DNA of 64,000 nt, taken from positions 3,497,283 to 3,561,282 of the forward strand of contig OZ250151.1 in the NCBI GenBank assembly GCA_965237725.1, read 5' to 3'. Each line of letters begins with the position of its first letter. Positions within the stretch are counted from its first letter, which is position 1. This document shows, one piece after another, positions 56,419-64,000 of the stretch. A program made the position numbers and the translations under genes. The notes beneath the pieces are model-generated. The model saw only the letters and a program-made list of their open reading frames with translations. It was not told the origin of the DNA and searched no databases. This stretch comes from Candidatus Spongiihabitans sp. Its GTDB lineage: Bacteria; Pseudomonadota; Gammaproteobacteria; Arenicellales; Poriferihabitantaceae.

Positions 56419-57033
56419 TTGACATCATTTGTGATAAACACCACCAACAAAACCGATTTGCGTAAACTGATACGCGATAAACGAAAATCCCTTTCTGATA
56501 TTCAGCAGGCTAAGGCTGCTCAGGGGTTGTTAAGCCAATTATTGGTCATTCCCGAATTTCTTAGCGCCGAAAAAATTGCCCTATATTTGTGTAATGATGG
56601 CGAAATAGATCCTGTTGAAGTAATGCAATGGTGCTGGAAAAATTCCAGGCAGGCCTATGTACCTAGGGTGGTGCAAAATCATAAGAATTCACTTTTGTTT
56701 GCGCAAGTGACAGAAAACACGGAATTTACCGAAAATCGCTATGGCATCAGCGAACCGGTGGTTGCGCAAGAACAACTGTTATCCGCGCAAGATCTGGATT
56801 TGGTTTTAATGCCCCTGGTAGCTTTTGATGATAACGGTAATAGGCTGGGAATGGGTGGTGGTTTCTATGACACGACTTTCGAATTCATTAAAAAAGGTAA
56901 TGTGGTGAAACCGCATTTGATTGGCATTGCTCATGAGATTCAAAAAGTAGAAAACATCGAAGCCGAAAGCTGGGATATTCCGCTGTCAACGGTGGTCAGC
57001 GATAGTCGGGTTTATAATTTGACGATTGAGTGA
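56419..57033 (+). CDS. ygfA: 5-formyltetrahydrofolate cyclo-ligase
   Basis: MPLVAFDDNGNRLGMGGGFYD motif. It sits downstream of ssrS. Confidence 0.85.
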   Translation: MTSFVINTTNKTDLRKLIRDKRKSLSDIQQAKAAQGLLSQLLVIPEFLSAEKIALYLCNDGEIDPVEVMQWCWKNSRQAYVPRVVQNHKNSLLFAQVTENTEFTENRYGISEPVVAQEQLLSAQDLDLVLMPLVAFDDNGNRLGMGGGFYDTTFEFIKKGNVVKPHLIGIAHEIQKVENIEAESWDIPLSTVVSDSRVYNLTIE

Positions 57034-57225
57034 TAAATTACTGAAACCTCTGCGATAGTCATGTCGGACCAAATTGAGTCCAAACTTTCCAATATTTTCG
57101 TTGGACAACTTCGTAATTGATCGACTATTGCGTGGGTTCCCCGTCTTAATCTAGAAAAGTTTTTCTATCAACTTGATTCGCCCAGATATAGGCTTTCTCA
57201 ATTGCTAGCATAGAATCTTTCTAAA

Positions 57226-57258
57226 ATGATATGACTAAAGTCACATCATTTTTTATTA
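57226..57258 (+). terminator. candidate Rho-independent terminator
   Basis: The stem ATGATATGAC / GTCACATCAT (9 of 10 pairs) has a TAAA loop and is followed by TTTTTTATT. The stem is A/T-rich, so this call is weak. Confidence 0.4.
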
Positions 57259-57622
57259 CAATTTGGTAGAAAAGGGCTAACAAGGGATATTGATGATAGT
57301 TTCATTTTAGGTTTACTCTCGATTTTATCTAAACCTTAAAGGTACAGCTTATCTGTAAAAAGCGACACTTCGTTTGAAATATTCGTATTCGCATAAAATT
57401 TAAGTTAGTTTCAAAGTGCTCCGTGGGGTTGAATTAGTTACACCCCACAAACTGTCTTTGAGATTAGTTTGAGAGACGTTTGGTAATAGTCAGACTTTGG
57501 TAGGTACGTAAATTAGTACTCCAATAGTCAGTCTCGGAAAAAATGGAAGCGCACTAGTAAATCTTGGCCATTTAAAACTAAATGGCGTATTTGGATTGAA
57601 CGAGAAATGAAAAGGGAAATTA

Positions 57623-59092
57623 ATGGATTTTTCACTGCTCAAAATCTACGGTATTACATTTCATGGCGGTGGAATTATATCTACTGTGGGCTTTACTTTT
57701 CGATCTCAGTGGCTATTAGGACTTTTTCGTCGCCTTTGCTTCGTCACAGTCTTAGTCTATTCGTCTTTCCCAACTTTTCTCCATGCCCAAACCCAAGACT
57801 ACATCGAATATCAATACGATGGTGCGGGGAATATTATCGGCATCATTACTAAGAATAATGGAGGACAACCTGATGTAACTAGCCTGGTCCCCGACCATGT
57901 TAATCGGGATAAAACAATTACGATTAGCGCGGCAGGCGTGAATCTTTATAAAGCACAAGTTGCCACGGATCACGACGGCATCACTATATTAAATACTGAG
58001 ACGATTTCATCGGAATTGGTTAAATTTACAATTTCATCAAAATTTGATGCGGAAATTGGCTTTGCGAATTTCACCTTTACCACAAGATTAGGGAGGGATA
58101 TCGAATCAATTTTTGTCGCAATAAGACTTCCGGTCATTTCAACAGACCCAAATCCGATTGCACTTGTGGCAAGTGGACCAAGCCGTCCTGTATCGCTCAC
58201 ATTTGATTTGCCATATCCAACAGATCAGGAGTTTAACCTGGCGGCCTCAAATACATCATTAGCAAAAACCAATGTTGGCAGTGTGACATTAGAGGCAGGC
58301 TCAACAGAAGCTTCATTTTTCATGGCGGGGTTAGAAAAGGGAGTTACAACCCTCGAAGTATCCCAGCCTGCGGCATTCTCTGGCGTATCCATCCCGGTTT
58401 TTGTCTCTGATCCTTTTGATTTGCCAAATGGAAATACCGAATTTACCAGTAAATCTGTGGGAGTTACGGTTAGCCGTTTTGATCTTTCAACAGGGGAATC
58501 TGAATTTGTTTTATCCACAGTGGGTGTTCTAAGAAATGCCAATGAATTGATCGTTGGGGATAAATTTGTTCATTCAAATTCAGTGGGTATTTCGATGCCC
58601 GCCCCAATTAACGAGCTACCTAGCGGAAACGCATACCTAAATACCGAACCTTTGGGTGTGTTAAAAAATTCAGAAAACATGTTACCTGAGGGTGAAAGTT
58701 ATTCTTACAGCGATTTGCTTGGCATAAATATTAATACAGAATTTCTCCTTCCCAATGGGGACGCATCATTGTTGTCTGATGCATTGGGCGTGACCAATCC
58801 TCCCTACATCAATAATCGATCTCATGGAAATTTTAGTCAAGGTTCCTCCCTAATATTAATATTAACGGGTGTAGGTCTCGATGTTTCGAGGACAGTAATA
58901 TTTGAACCAACAACAGGAATAACACAATCGTCGGTATTTGTCGTCAATCCAGCTGGTACTCAAATTGAAGTGTTCCTGGACATCAGCCCAACGGCGTCTT
59001 TAGGCCCGCGACAAATAAAAATAAACACCTTAACTGGAGCAGTTCCATTTATCCAATCTACTAACGAAATTTTTCAAACAATTAGTAATTAA
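57623..59092 (+). CDS. secreted repeat protein (single YD motif, Ig/IPT-like domains, 6x ~22-aa repeat)
   Basis: Signal-like LLGLFRRLCFVTVLVYSSFPTFLHA followed by YIEYQYDGAGNIIGI (YD-repeat motif). The start codon is uncertain; an internal GTG is possible. Confidence 0.6.
   Translation: MDFSLLKIYGITFHGGGIISTVGFTFRSQWLLGLFRRLCFVTVLVYSSFPTFLHAQTQDYIEYQYDGAGNIIGIITKNNGGQPDVTSLVPDHVNRDKTITISAAGVNLYKAQVATDHDGITILNTETISSELVKFTISSKFDAEIGFANFTFTTRLGRDIESIFVAIRLPVISTDPNPIALVASGPSRPVSLTFDLPYPTDQEFNLAASNTSLAKTNVGSVTLEAGSTEASFFMAGLEKGVTTLEVSQPAAFSGVSIPVFVSDPFDLPNGNTEFTSKSVGVTVSRFDLSTGESEFVLSTVGVLRNANELIVGDKFVHSNSVGISMPAPINELPSGNAYLNTEPLGVLKNSENMLPEGESYSYSDLLGININTEFLLPNGDASLLSDALGVTNPPYINNRSHGNFSQGSSLILILTGVGLDVSRTVIFEPTTGITQSSVFVVNPAGTQIEVFLDISPTASLGPRQIKINTLTGAVPFIQSTNEIFQTISN
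58418..58798 (+). repeat. six degenerate tandem ~21-23-aa protein repeats (L-P/S-x-G ... S..(L/V)G(V/I))
   Basis: Repeat starts fall at aa 267, 288, 309, 332, 354 and 376 of the 489-aa protein: LPNGNTEF..VGV, LSTGESEF..VGV, LIVGDKF..VGI, LPSGNAY..LGV, LPEGESY..LGI and LPNGDAS..LGV. Confidence 0.6.
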
Positions 59093-59141
59093 ACATATGA
59101 AACCGAATTCAATATTACCCAAACCGAACAGGAGTACCGTC

Positions 59142-60596
59142 ATGAAACACTTGTATATCTATTCAACGTCACTAATTTTATTGATACTAACATTTACAAA
59201 CTCTCTTGCTTTCGAAAGCGGTAGTAATGGGTCCGATGGCGTTCTAAATGTGACTGTTGATACTGTCTTACAACTTCCGGCGAGCGGCGTATTTAATTTT
59301 ACGGATGTGACAGTGGCCGAAGGTGCGACGTTGAGATTTAGAAAAAATTCATCTAATACGCCGGTTTATCTTTTAGCTAGTGGCAATATTACAATCGAAG
59401 GTACGATCCAGGTTAATGGAGAAACCTCAGTCAACACTGATGACGACGACCGGGTCGGTGACGGACAACCAGGTTCAGGTGGCGCGGGTGGATTTGACGG
59501 GGGACGAGGCGGATACATTGGTATTGATGCTGATAACGATGGTGCTCCGGGTCAGGGGCCAGGAGGAGGGAACCCTGGAACACTCGCAAAATCTTGTGCA
59601 TTTGAATTTTCCGGAACAGGTGGTGGTGGTGGTGGGTATTTTGCCGCCGGTTTGAAAGGCGACTCTGGGGGAGCTGGCGGACAAGCTTATGGGGTTAGTT
59701 ACTTAATCCCGTTGATTGGCGGATCAGGAGGTGGGGGCGCTTCTGGTCCTGGAAATAGCGGTCGCAGTAACACCTTTGGTTCTGGAGGCGGTGGAGGCGG
59801 TGGCGCAATGTTAATTGCGTCATCAGGATTAATCTCAATTACAGGGACAATCACGGCAAATGGTGGTGGTTCTGGGTCAGTTGTAAAACCTTCGGGTGGA
59901 AGTTGCGCGACTGGAGGTAGCGGTGGTGGTGGCAGTGGTGGTGCAATTCGAATTATTGCCAGCAAGCTTACGGGTACTGGAACATTGAGGGCAATTGGCG
60001 GTGTCGCAGCGAGAGATGCACGTGAGAAAGGTGGACGCGGATCACATGGTCGAATTCGACTTGAAGCCGATGAGTTTCAATGGTGGGTAGCAACAACTCC
60101 TTCATTTAGTTCATCCGCACCAAACCCGGTATTTGTAGCGGATCTCCCTGGAATCGTAATCAGCTCTGTTGGCGGCATTAATGCGCCCGGTTCACCAACT
60201 GGCTTTAACGATATTATTCTACCTGACAATACACCTAACCCAGTTACAGTGGAATTCACAACAACAGATATACCCACAGGAGGTGTAATCGAATTAACTG
60301 CGACTCCCGTTACAGGATCTAGCGTTACAGTCAATAGTTCCGCAATTGGTGGTTCAGAAGCAAGCGGGTCGGCATCAGCCTTAATCGATTTACCCAACGG
60401 CCCCAGTACGTTGATTGCCACAACGACATTTCTGGTTATCGCCGATCTTGGAAAAGATTATTCAAAATATGTCATGGGAGAAGAAGTGAAAGAAGTGAAG
60501 ATTGCTTCTGTTGCAGGTCAGGGCTCGGTTACGACTTTTATTACAACCCAGGGTAATGAATACCCTTGGCATACGGGGCAGCTTTCAAATAACTAA
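59142..60596 (+). CDS. secreted glycine-rich, probable beta-solenoid protein
   Basis: Signal peptide MKHLYIYSTSLILLILTFTNSLA, with AGGAG upstream of the ATG at 59142. Poly-Gly runs alternate with I-x-I-x-G-x-I strands (ISITGTITANGGGSG, AIRIIASKLTGTGTLRAIGG, GRIRLEAD). Confidence 0.6.
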   Translation: MKHLYIYSTSLILLILTFTNSLAFESGSNGSDGVLNVTVDTVLQLPASGVFNFTDVTVAEGATLRFRKNSSNTPVYLLASGNITIEGTIQVNGETSVNTDDDDRVGDGQPGSGGAGGFDGGRGGYIGIDADNDGAPGQGPGGGNPGTLAKSCAFEFSGTGGGGGGYFAAGLKGDSGGAGGQAYGVSYLIPLIGGSGGGGASGPGNSGRSNTFGSGGGGGGGAMLIASSGLISITGTITANGGGSGSVVKPSGGSCATGGSGGGGSGGAIRIIASKLTGTGTLRAIGGVAARDAREKGGRGSHGRIRLEADEFQWWVATTPSFSSSAPNPVFVADLPGIVISSVGGINAPGSPTGFNDIILPDNTPNPVTVEFTTTDIPTGGVIELTATPVTGSSVTVNSSAIGGSEASGSASALIDLPNGPSTLIATTTFLVIADLGKDYSKYVMGEEVKEVKIASVAGQGSVTTFITTQGNEYPWHTGQLSNN

Positions 60597-60649
60597 GCAA
60601 TGAGCCAGTTGAGTTTGAACAACGATGCAAATTGCATAGTGGAATTAGC

Positions 60650-63600
60650 ATGAAACCAAATTGGAAGTATTGCCGAATATGGGTGGCTTCAGTTTTTCGA
60701 GTATCTTCTCGAAGAAAAAATTCGAATGGTCGACTCTCCCATCCAATTGAACAAGTAGGAAAAACGACCTTAGGTGGGGCAATCTTCTTAGTTTTCATGG
60801 GAATGGGAGCATTAATCTGGCAGTCCCACGTTACTGGGCAAGTTTCCCAACCCATTAATTCCGCGCCCTGGGTTGGTGAAATAACGGGAATTTTTAAACT
60901 AGACACTGATGGCCAACTAGTCAATCATTTCAAGCTTGGTGAAGAAATTGAAGACAGAGACATAGATTGTTCACCGCTGGAAGAATGGCAAGAGAAAGTG
61001 AAGTATCGGAAAGGGGATTTTGTACAACATAATGGCAATGCCTGGCGGGCCAATAAAAAAACCAAGAAGGAACCAAAGGCGGGCGGAAAGGGGTCAAAAG
61101 GTCCCAAGGGATCGAAAGGATCCAGGGGATCGAAAGGTTCCAAAGGTTCCAAGGGTTCCAAGGGTTCTAAAGGTTCCAAAGGTTCCAAAGGTTCCAAGGG
61201 TTCTAAAGGTTCGAAAGGTAATGGCTCGAAAGGCAAAGGTTCGAACTGGGCGTTACTAGGCCCTTGTGCATCCGACTCAAACGATAAGTCAACTGGTGTG
61301 ATTGGGCTAATTGACGACGAATCCATATTGTGGGCCTACCTTCACGATCACCGTTTATATCAAATTAATACCGATAGCGAACAAATTACCGAAATTATCT
61401 TCCCCGATCCACCCCAGGACGGTAATTTCGATTGTGCTGATTTAAATCTCTGGGATGCTTCAGAAAAATATAAGAAAAACGATTTTATCGAATTCATCGG
61501 ACATGCCTGGGAAGCCAAAAAATCAACCTCTAAAGAACCCGATTTGTCATCGGATAAATATTGGAAAGATTTAGGAGAGTGCATAGCGGATGTTAACTAT
61601 GCGGGACACCTCATAACCGATGGACAAGTGCTGTGGCTAGCACGAGGGAGGCAAATTATTCGCTATGAGAATGCAATAGCGGAATCGTTTGAAACGATAA
61701 ACCCAGTCAATGCCATCACCTGGGATGAAATCAGTCAGCAATTGTGGGTTGCATCCGGTACAACTTTCGAGCGCAGAATTGCGAATGGAACTATTGTCGA
61801 TGTAGATTCCTTGACTAACGGCCCAGTAACCGCCATGGGTGTGGATCTTCGCAATGGTTATTTATGGCTTAGCACAAATTCAGGAGTGTTATCACAATAC
61901 GATGCGAATAGTACTTTCATTGGTAATCTGATTTTGCCAATGGGTGTGGTCGAGCATATTATTTCTGATAATCAGGGTGGGTTGTGGGTAGCGGACGCGA
62001 GCAAGGTTATCAACCTGGACGAATTCGGAAACATTGTGCAAATTCTCGAACCCGTACTGGGCGGTAGTGCCATTAGAGATATTACAGTCGCAGCAGACGG
62101 TAGTTTGTGGATAGCCACTGCAGATCAACTTTGGCGCTACGATGACGTCCAAGGTCTAACCCAAGAATGGGTAGCCCCGAGTGCAAACCCGATTATCGTA
62201 AATGTTCTTTCACAACAAGTTAGCCATAACAATCCGCCAGAAATTACTTCGGACCCTATTACCGACGCAATCCTTAACGACAATTACAGCTACGATGTTA
62301 TAGCGACAGATGCAGATGGAGATGATCTGGAGTTTCAATTAACCGCCGCACCTGTTGGAATGACCATCGATGAATTCACAGGTTCAATCTTATGGCTTGC
62401 GGACAGCATAGGCGACTTTGATGTAACTGTTGAAGTATTCGATACCCGAGGTGGGGTTGATAGTCAAAGTTTTACGGTTAGCGTCATCGATCCAGATACC
62501 ACGCCGCCAGTCATTACCCTGACCAGCCCCCAGAACGGACTCCTGACCAATAATTCAGTACTCTCCATCGTGGGATTCATAGACGAGATCGCCACGTTAT
62601 CGCTAAATGGTTCGCCCCTTTCCCAAAATCCAGATTTGTCGTTTGGCGCTACCGTTAGTTTGGTTGAAGGGATCAATAATTTTGTGCTCAATGGGGTAGA
62701 CCCTTCTGGAAATTCCAGTGATGTTTTATTCAGCGTTACATTAGACAGCATCGCGCCACAAATTGTGGTCAGCTCACCCAGCGATGGCGATTTAACTAAT
62801 GAGGAAAATCAATCCGTTGAAGGTAGCTTATCGGAATCCGCTGTACTCACCATCAATGATCAGTCGGTTACAGTTCATCCATCATTAGATTTTACAAGCG
62901 CCCTTACCCTAATCGAAGGCAACAACACCATAACCCTTGTTGCTACTGATCCCGTTGGCAATCAATCCACCACAAACCTATCCGTTACCTTAGATAGCAT
63001 TGCACCAGAAATCACTAACTTAGTCCCAATATCGGGTTCGTTTACCAATATTCCAAACCAAACTATTTCTGGTCAACTAAGCGAACCCGGCAGCGTAACC
63101 GTTAATGGTAATGCAGCGACGGTAAACAAAGATGACTCATTTGTGTTTACCCCTTTTGCGTTAACCGAAGGGGCCAATCTGATCGATATCACAGCAACGG
63201 ACTCAGCGGGAAATTTTACTGATGCTCAGATTAACATTACCCTAGATACAGTAGCGCCGGTTATACAACTCGATGCGCCAAACAACAACGTTCAATTTAA
63301 TAATCCAGATGTTCTGTTTGAAGGCACTGTTAGCGAGCTTGTCAATCTAACTATTAATGGTGATGCCATAGCCTTAGAAAATGATAATTCATTTAGCGCA
63401 ACCCTGACCCTGTTAGAAGGGGATAACAGTGGGGACATTGTGGCCACCGATTTCGCGGGAAACCCAACGACGATTACCCGTCAAATCAATATCGATTCGA
63501 TCCCCCCAGCAGCCATTGATCAGGGCTTGGTCAATCGGGGTAATCCCACTAATGAAATTGTTATGGTCAGTGGTTTGCCCGGGGCCGCAGAACCCGGAAG

Positions 63601-64000
63601 TCTGGTGCATATCATCAACATCATTACCAGCTTCGAAGTATTTACCCTTGCTCAAAATGATGGCAGTTTTTCAGCGGATATAGCCGCATTCGATAACGAA
63701 CCGTTTACCTTGTTTAGCGTTGATGCTGCAGGTAACCAGGGACCGTCATTTGTACTGGTCCCACCAAACCCGCCGTCTTTAATTCAGGATCCAGTCGGAA
63801 ATCGTATTGCACCTTTAGGCAAAACAACGAGCTTTACGATCACAGCAAATGATAGCGATGGCGATCCCATAACCCTGGGCGTGACCCCGTTGCCCCTGCT
63901 AGATGGCATGACCTATAACATCGTCACTGGTGAAGTCAAATTTACTCCATCAGAAGATCAAGTGGGTGATCATGAATTAATCTTTAGCGCCCAGACCGAT
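60650..64000 (+). CDS. giant surface/adhesin-like protein, 5' partial (>1117 aa, continues past the window end)
   Basis: I hand-translated this frame from the ATG at 60650 to base 64000 with no stop. It is absent from the ORF track, presumably because it is open-ended. It contains an N-terminal TM (GGAIFLVFMGMGALIW), two CBM5/12-like Trp motifs, a (GSK)n array, LW-rich propeller-like repeats, PPEITS...DADGDDLEF cadherin/He_PIG-like domains and five Ig-like modules. Confidence 0.85.
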   Translation, partial: MKPNWKYCRIWVASVFRVSSRRKNSNGRLSHPIEQVGKTTLGGAIFLVFMGMGALIWQSHVTGQVSQPINSAPWVGEITGIFKLDTDGQLVNHFKLGEEIEDRDIDCSPLEEWQEKVKYRKGDFVQHNGNAWRANKKTKKEPKAGGKGSKGPKGSKGSRGSKGSKGSKGSKGSKGSKGSKGSKGSKGSKGNGSKGKGSNWALLGPCASDSNDKSTGVIGLIDDESILWAYLHDHRLYQINTDSEQITEIIFPDPPQDGNFDCADLNLWDASEKYKKNDFIEFIGHAWEAKKSTSKEPDLSSDKYWKDLGECIADVNYAGHLITDGQVLWLARGRQIIRYENAIAESFETINPVNAITWDEISQQLWVASGTTFERRIANGTIVDVDSLTNGPVTAMGVDLRNGYLWLSTNSGVLSQYDANSTFIGNLILPMGVVEHIISDNQGGLWVADASKVINLDEFGNIVQILEPVLGGSAIRDITVAADGSLWIATADQLWRYDDVQGLTQEWVAPSANPIIVNVLSQQVSHNNPPEITSDPITDAILNDNYSYDVIATDADGDDLEFQLTAAPVGMTIDEFTGSILWLADSIGDFDVTVEVFDTRGGVDSQSFTVSVIDPDTTPPVITLTSPQNGLLTNNSVLSIVGFIDEIATLSLNGSPLSQNPDLSFGATVSLVEGINNFVLNGVDPSGNSSDVLFSVTLDSIAPQIVVSSPSDGDLTNEENQSVEGSLSESAVLTINDQSVTVHPSLDFTSALTLIEGNNTITLVATDPVGNQSTTNLSVTLDSIAPEITNLVPISGSFTNIPNQTISGQLSEPGSVTVNGNAATVNKDDSFVFTPFALTEGANLIDITATDSAGNFTDAQINITLDTVAPVIQLDAPNNNVQFNNPDVLFEGTVSELVNLTINGDAIALENDNSFSATLTLLEGDNSGDIVATDFAGNPTTITRQINIDSIPPAAIDQGLVNRGNPTNEIVMVSGLPGAAEPGSLVHIINIITSFEVFTLAQNDGSFSADIAAFDNEPFTLFSVDAAGNQGPSFVLVPPNPPSLIQDPVGNRIAPLGKTTSFTITANDSDGDPITLGVTPLPLLDGMTYNIVTGEVKFTPSEDQVGDHELIFSAQTD
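61082..61243 (+). repeat. 9-bp tandem DNA repeat (GGTTCCAAA-like) encoding a Gly-X-Lys collagen-like triplet array
   Basis: In frame it reads GGK GSK GPK GSK GSR followed by 10 x GSK, giving 15 uninterrupted G-X-Y triplets. It then degenerates to GNGSKGKGS. Confidence 0.9.
62495..63760 (+). repeat. five tandem ~84-aa Ig-like modules within the giant ORF
   Basis: The recurring frame is D(S/T)(I/V)(A/P)P.I...P..G..TN....(V/I).G...E...(L/V)T(I/V)NG......D.SF.....L.EG.N.I...A.D..GN, repeated five times. Confidence 0.75.

Noticed and set aside
59699-59965. 88-aa proline-rich minus-strand ORF
   Set aside because: It is the mirror image of the poly-glycine (GGN) runs of the plus-strand Gly-rich secreted protein, so it is an artefact of GGN/NCC complementarity.
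61082-61243. Regular short DNA repeats considered as a possible CRISPR or minisatellite
   Set aside because: The units are 9 bp and contiguous with no spacers, and they are in frame within a long ORF. This is a coding triplet-peptide repeat, not a CRISPR array.
60925-61326. 133-aa minus-strand ORF with a striking (EPL)n / PFD repeat
   Set aside because: It is the reverse-complement shadow of the (GSK)n array. The plus-strand frame is open for more than 1117 codons with coherent domain content. The minus ORF has no start context and is bounded by the repeat.

Overview
The window looks like a chromosomal segment from a Gammaproteobacteria-type, probably marine heterotroph. This rests on the conserved ygfB-pepP-ubiH-ubiI block lying opposite zapA-ssrS-ygfA at 50-57 kb. 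I can support about 75 protein genes and one sRNA (6S RNA). I found no tRNA, rRNA, CRISPR array, transposase or integrase.

Most of the window is housekeeping or accessory metabolism:
- two TauD-type dioxygenases, three GSTs, ChaC and cystathionine beta-synthase
- several EamA, MATE, LysE and ABC-2 exporters
- Fur, SoxR, LysR and AraC regulators.

Five things stand out.
1. A 43-residue Tat-like leader block (RR..LK, hydrophobic stretch, LPE.W.KPV.D.V.LPAHA) occurs on two unlinked proteins. One is a 68-aa peptide with a (GK)n core directly downstream of a SET-domain gene at 2.0-2.9 kb. The other is a 249-aa protein heading an apparent operon with a tubulin-tyrosine-ligase-family ATP-grasp enzyme and a GNAT protein at 36.1-39.0 kb. 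I read this as a candidate undescribed exported-substrate plus eukaryote-type PTM-enzyme system.
2. An exoprotein cluster lies at 57.6-64.0 kb. It includes a >1117-aa ORF that runs off the window end and is absent from the supplied ORF track. That ORF carries a (Gly-Ser-Lys)n collagen-like triplet array, two CBM5/12-like Trp motifs, a propeller-like region and tandem Ig-like modules.
3. A textbook SoxR-box promoter with a 19-bp spacer faces an uncharacterised 540-aa Rieske protein.
4. A kinase/aminotransferase fusion sits next to a proline-racemase-family protein that has Ser in place of the first catalytic Cys.
5. A Cys-type UGSC-family protein is translationally coupled to an unknown 359-aa partner.

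All calls come from reading the sequence and translations by eye. No database search was run. Coordinates of small hand-counted motifs may be off by 1-2 nt.
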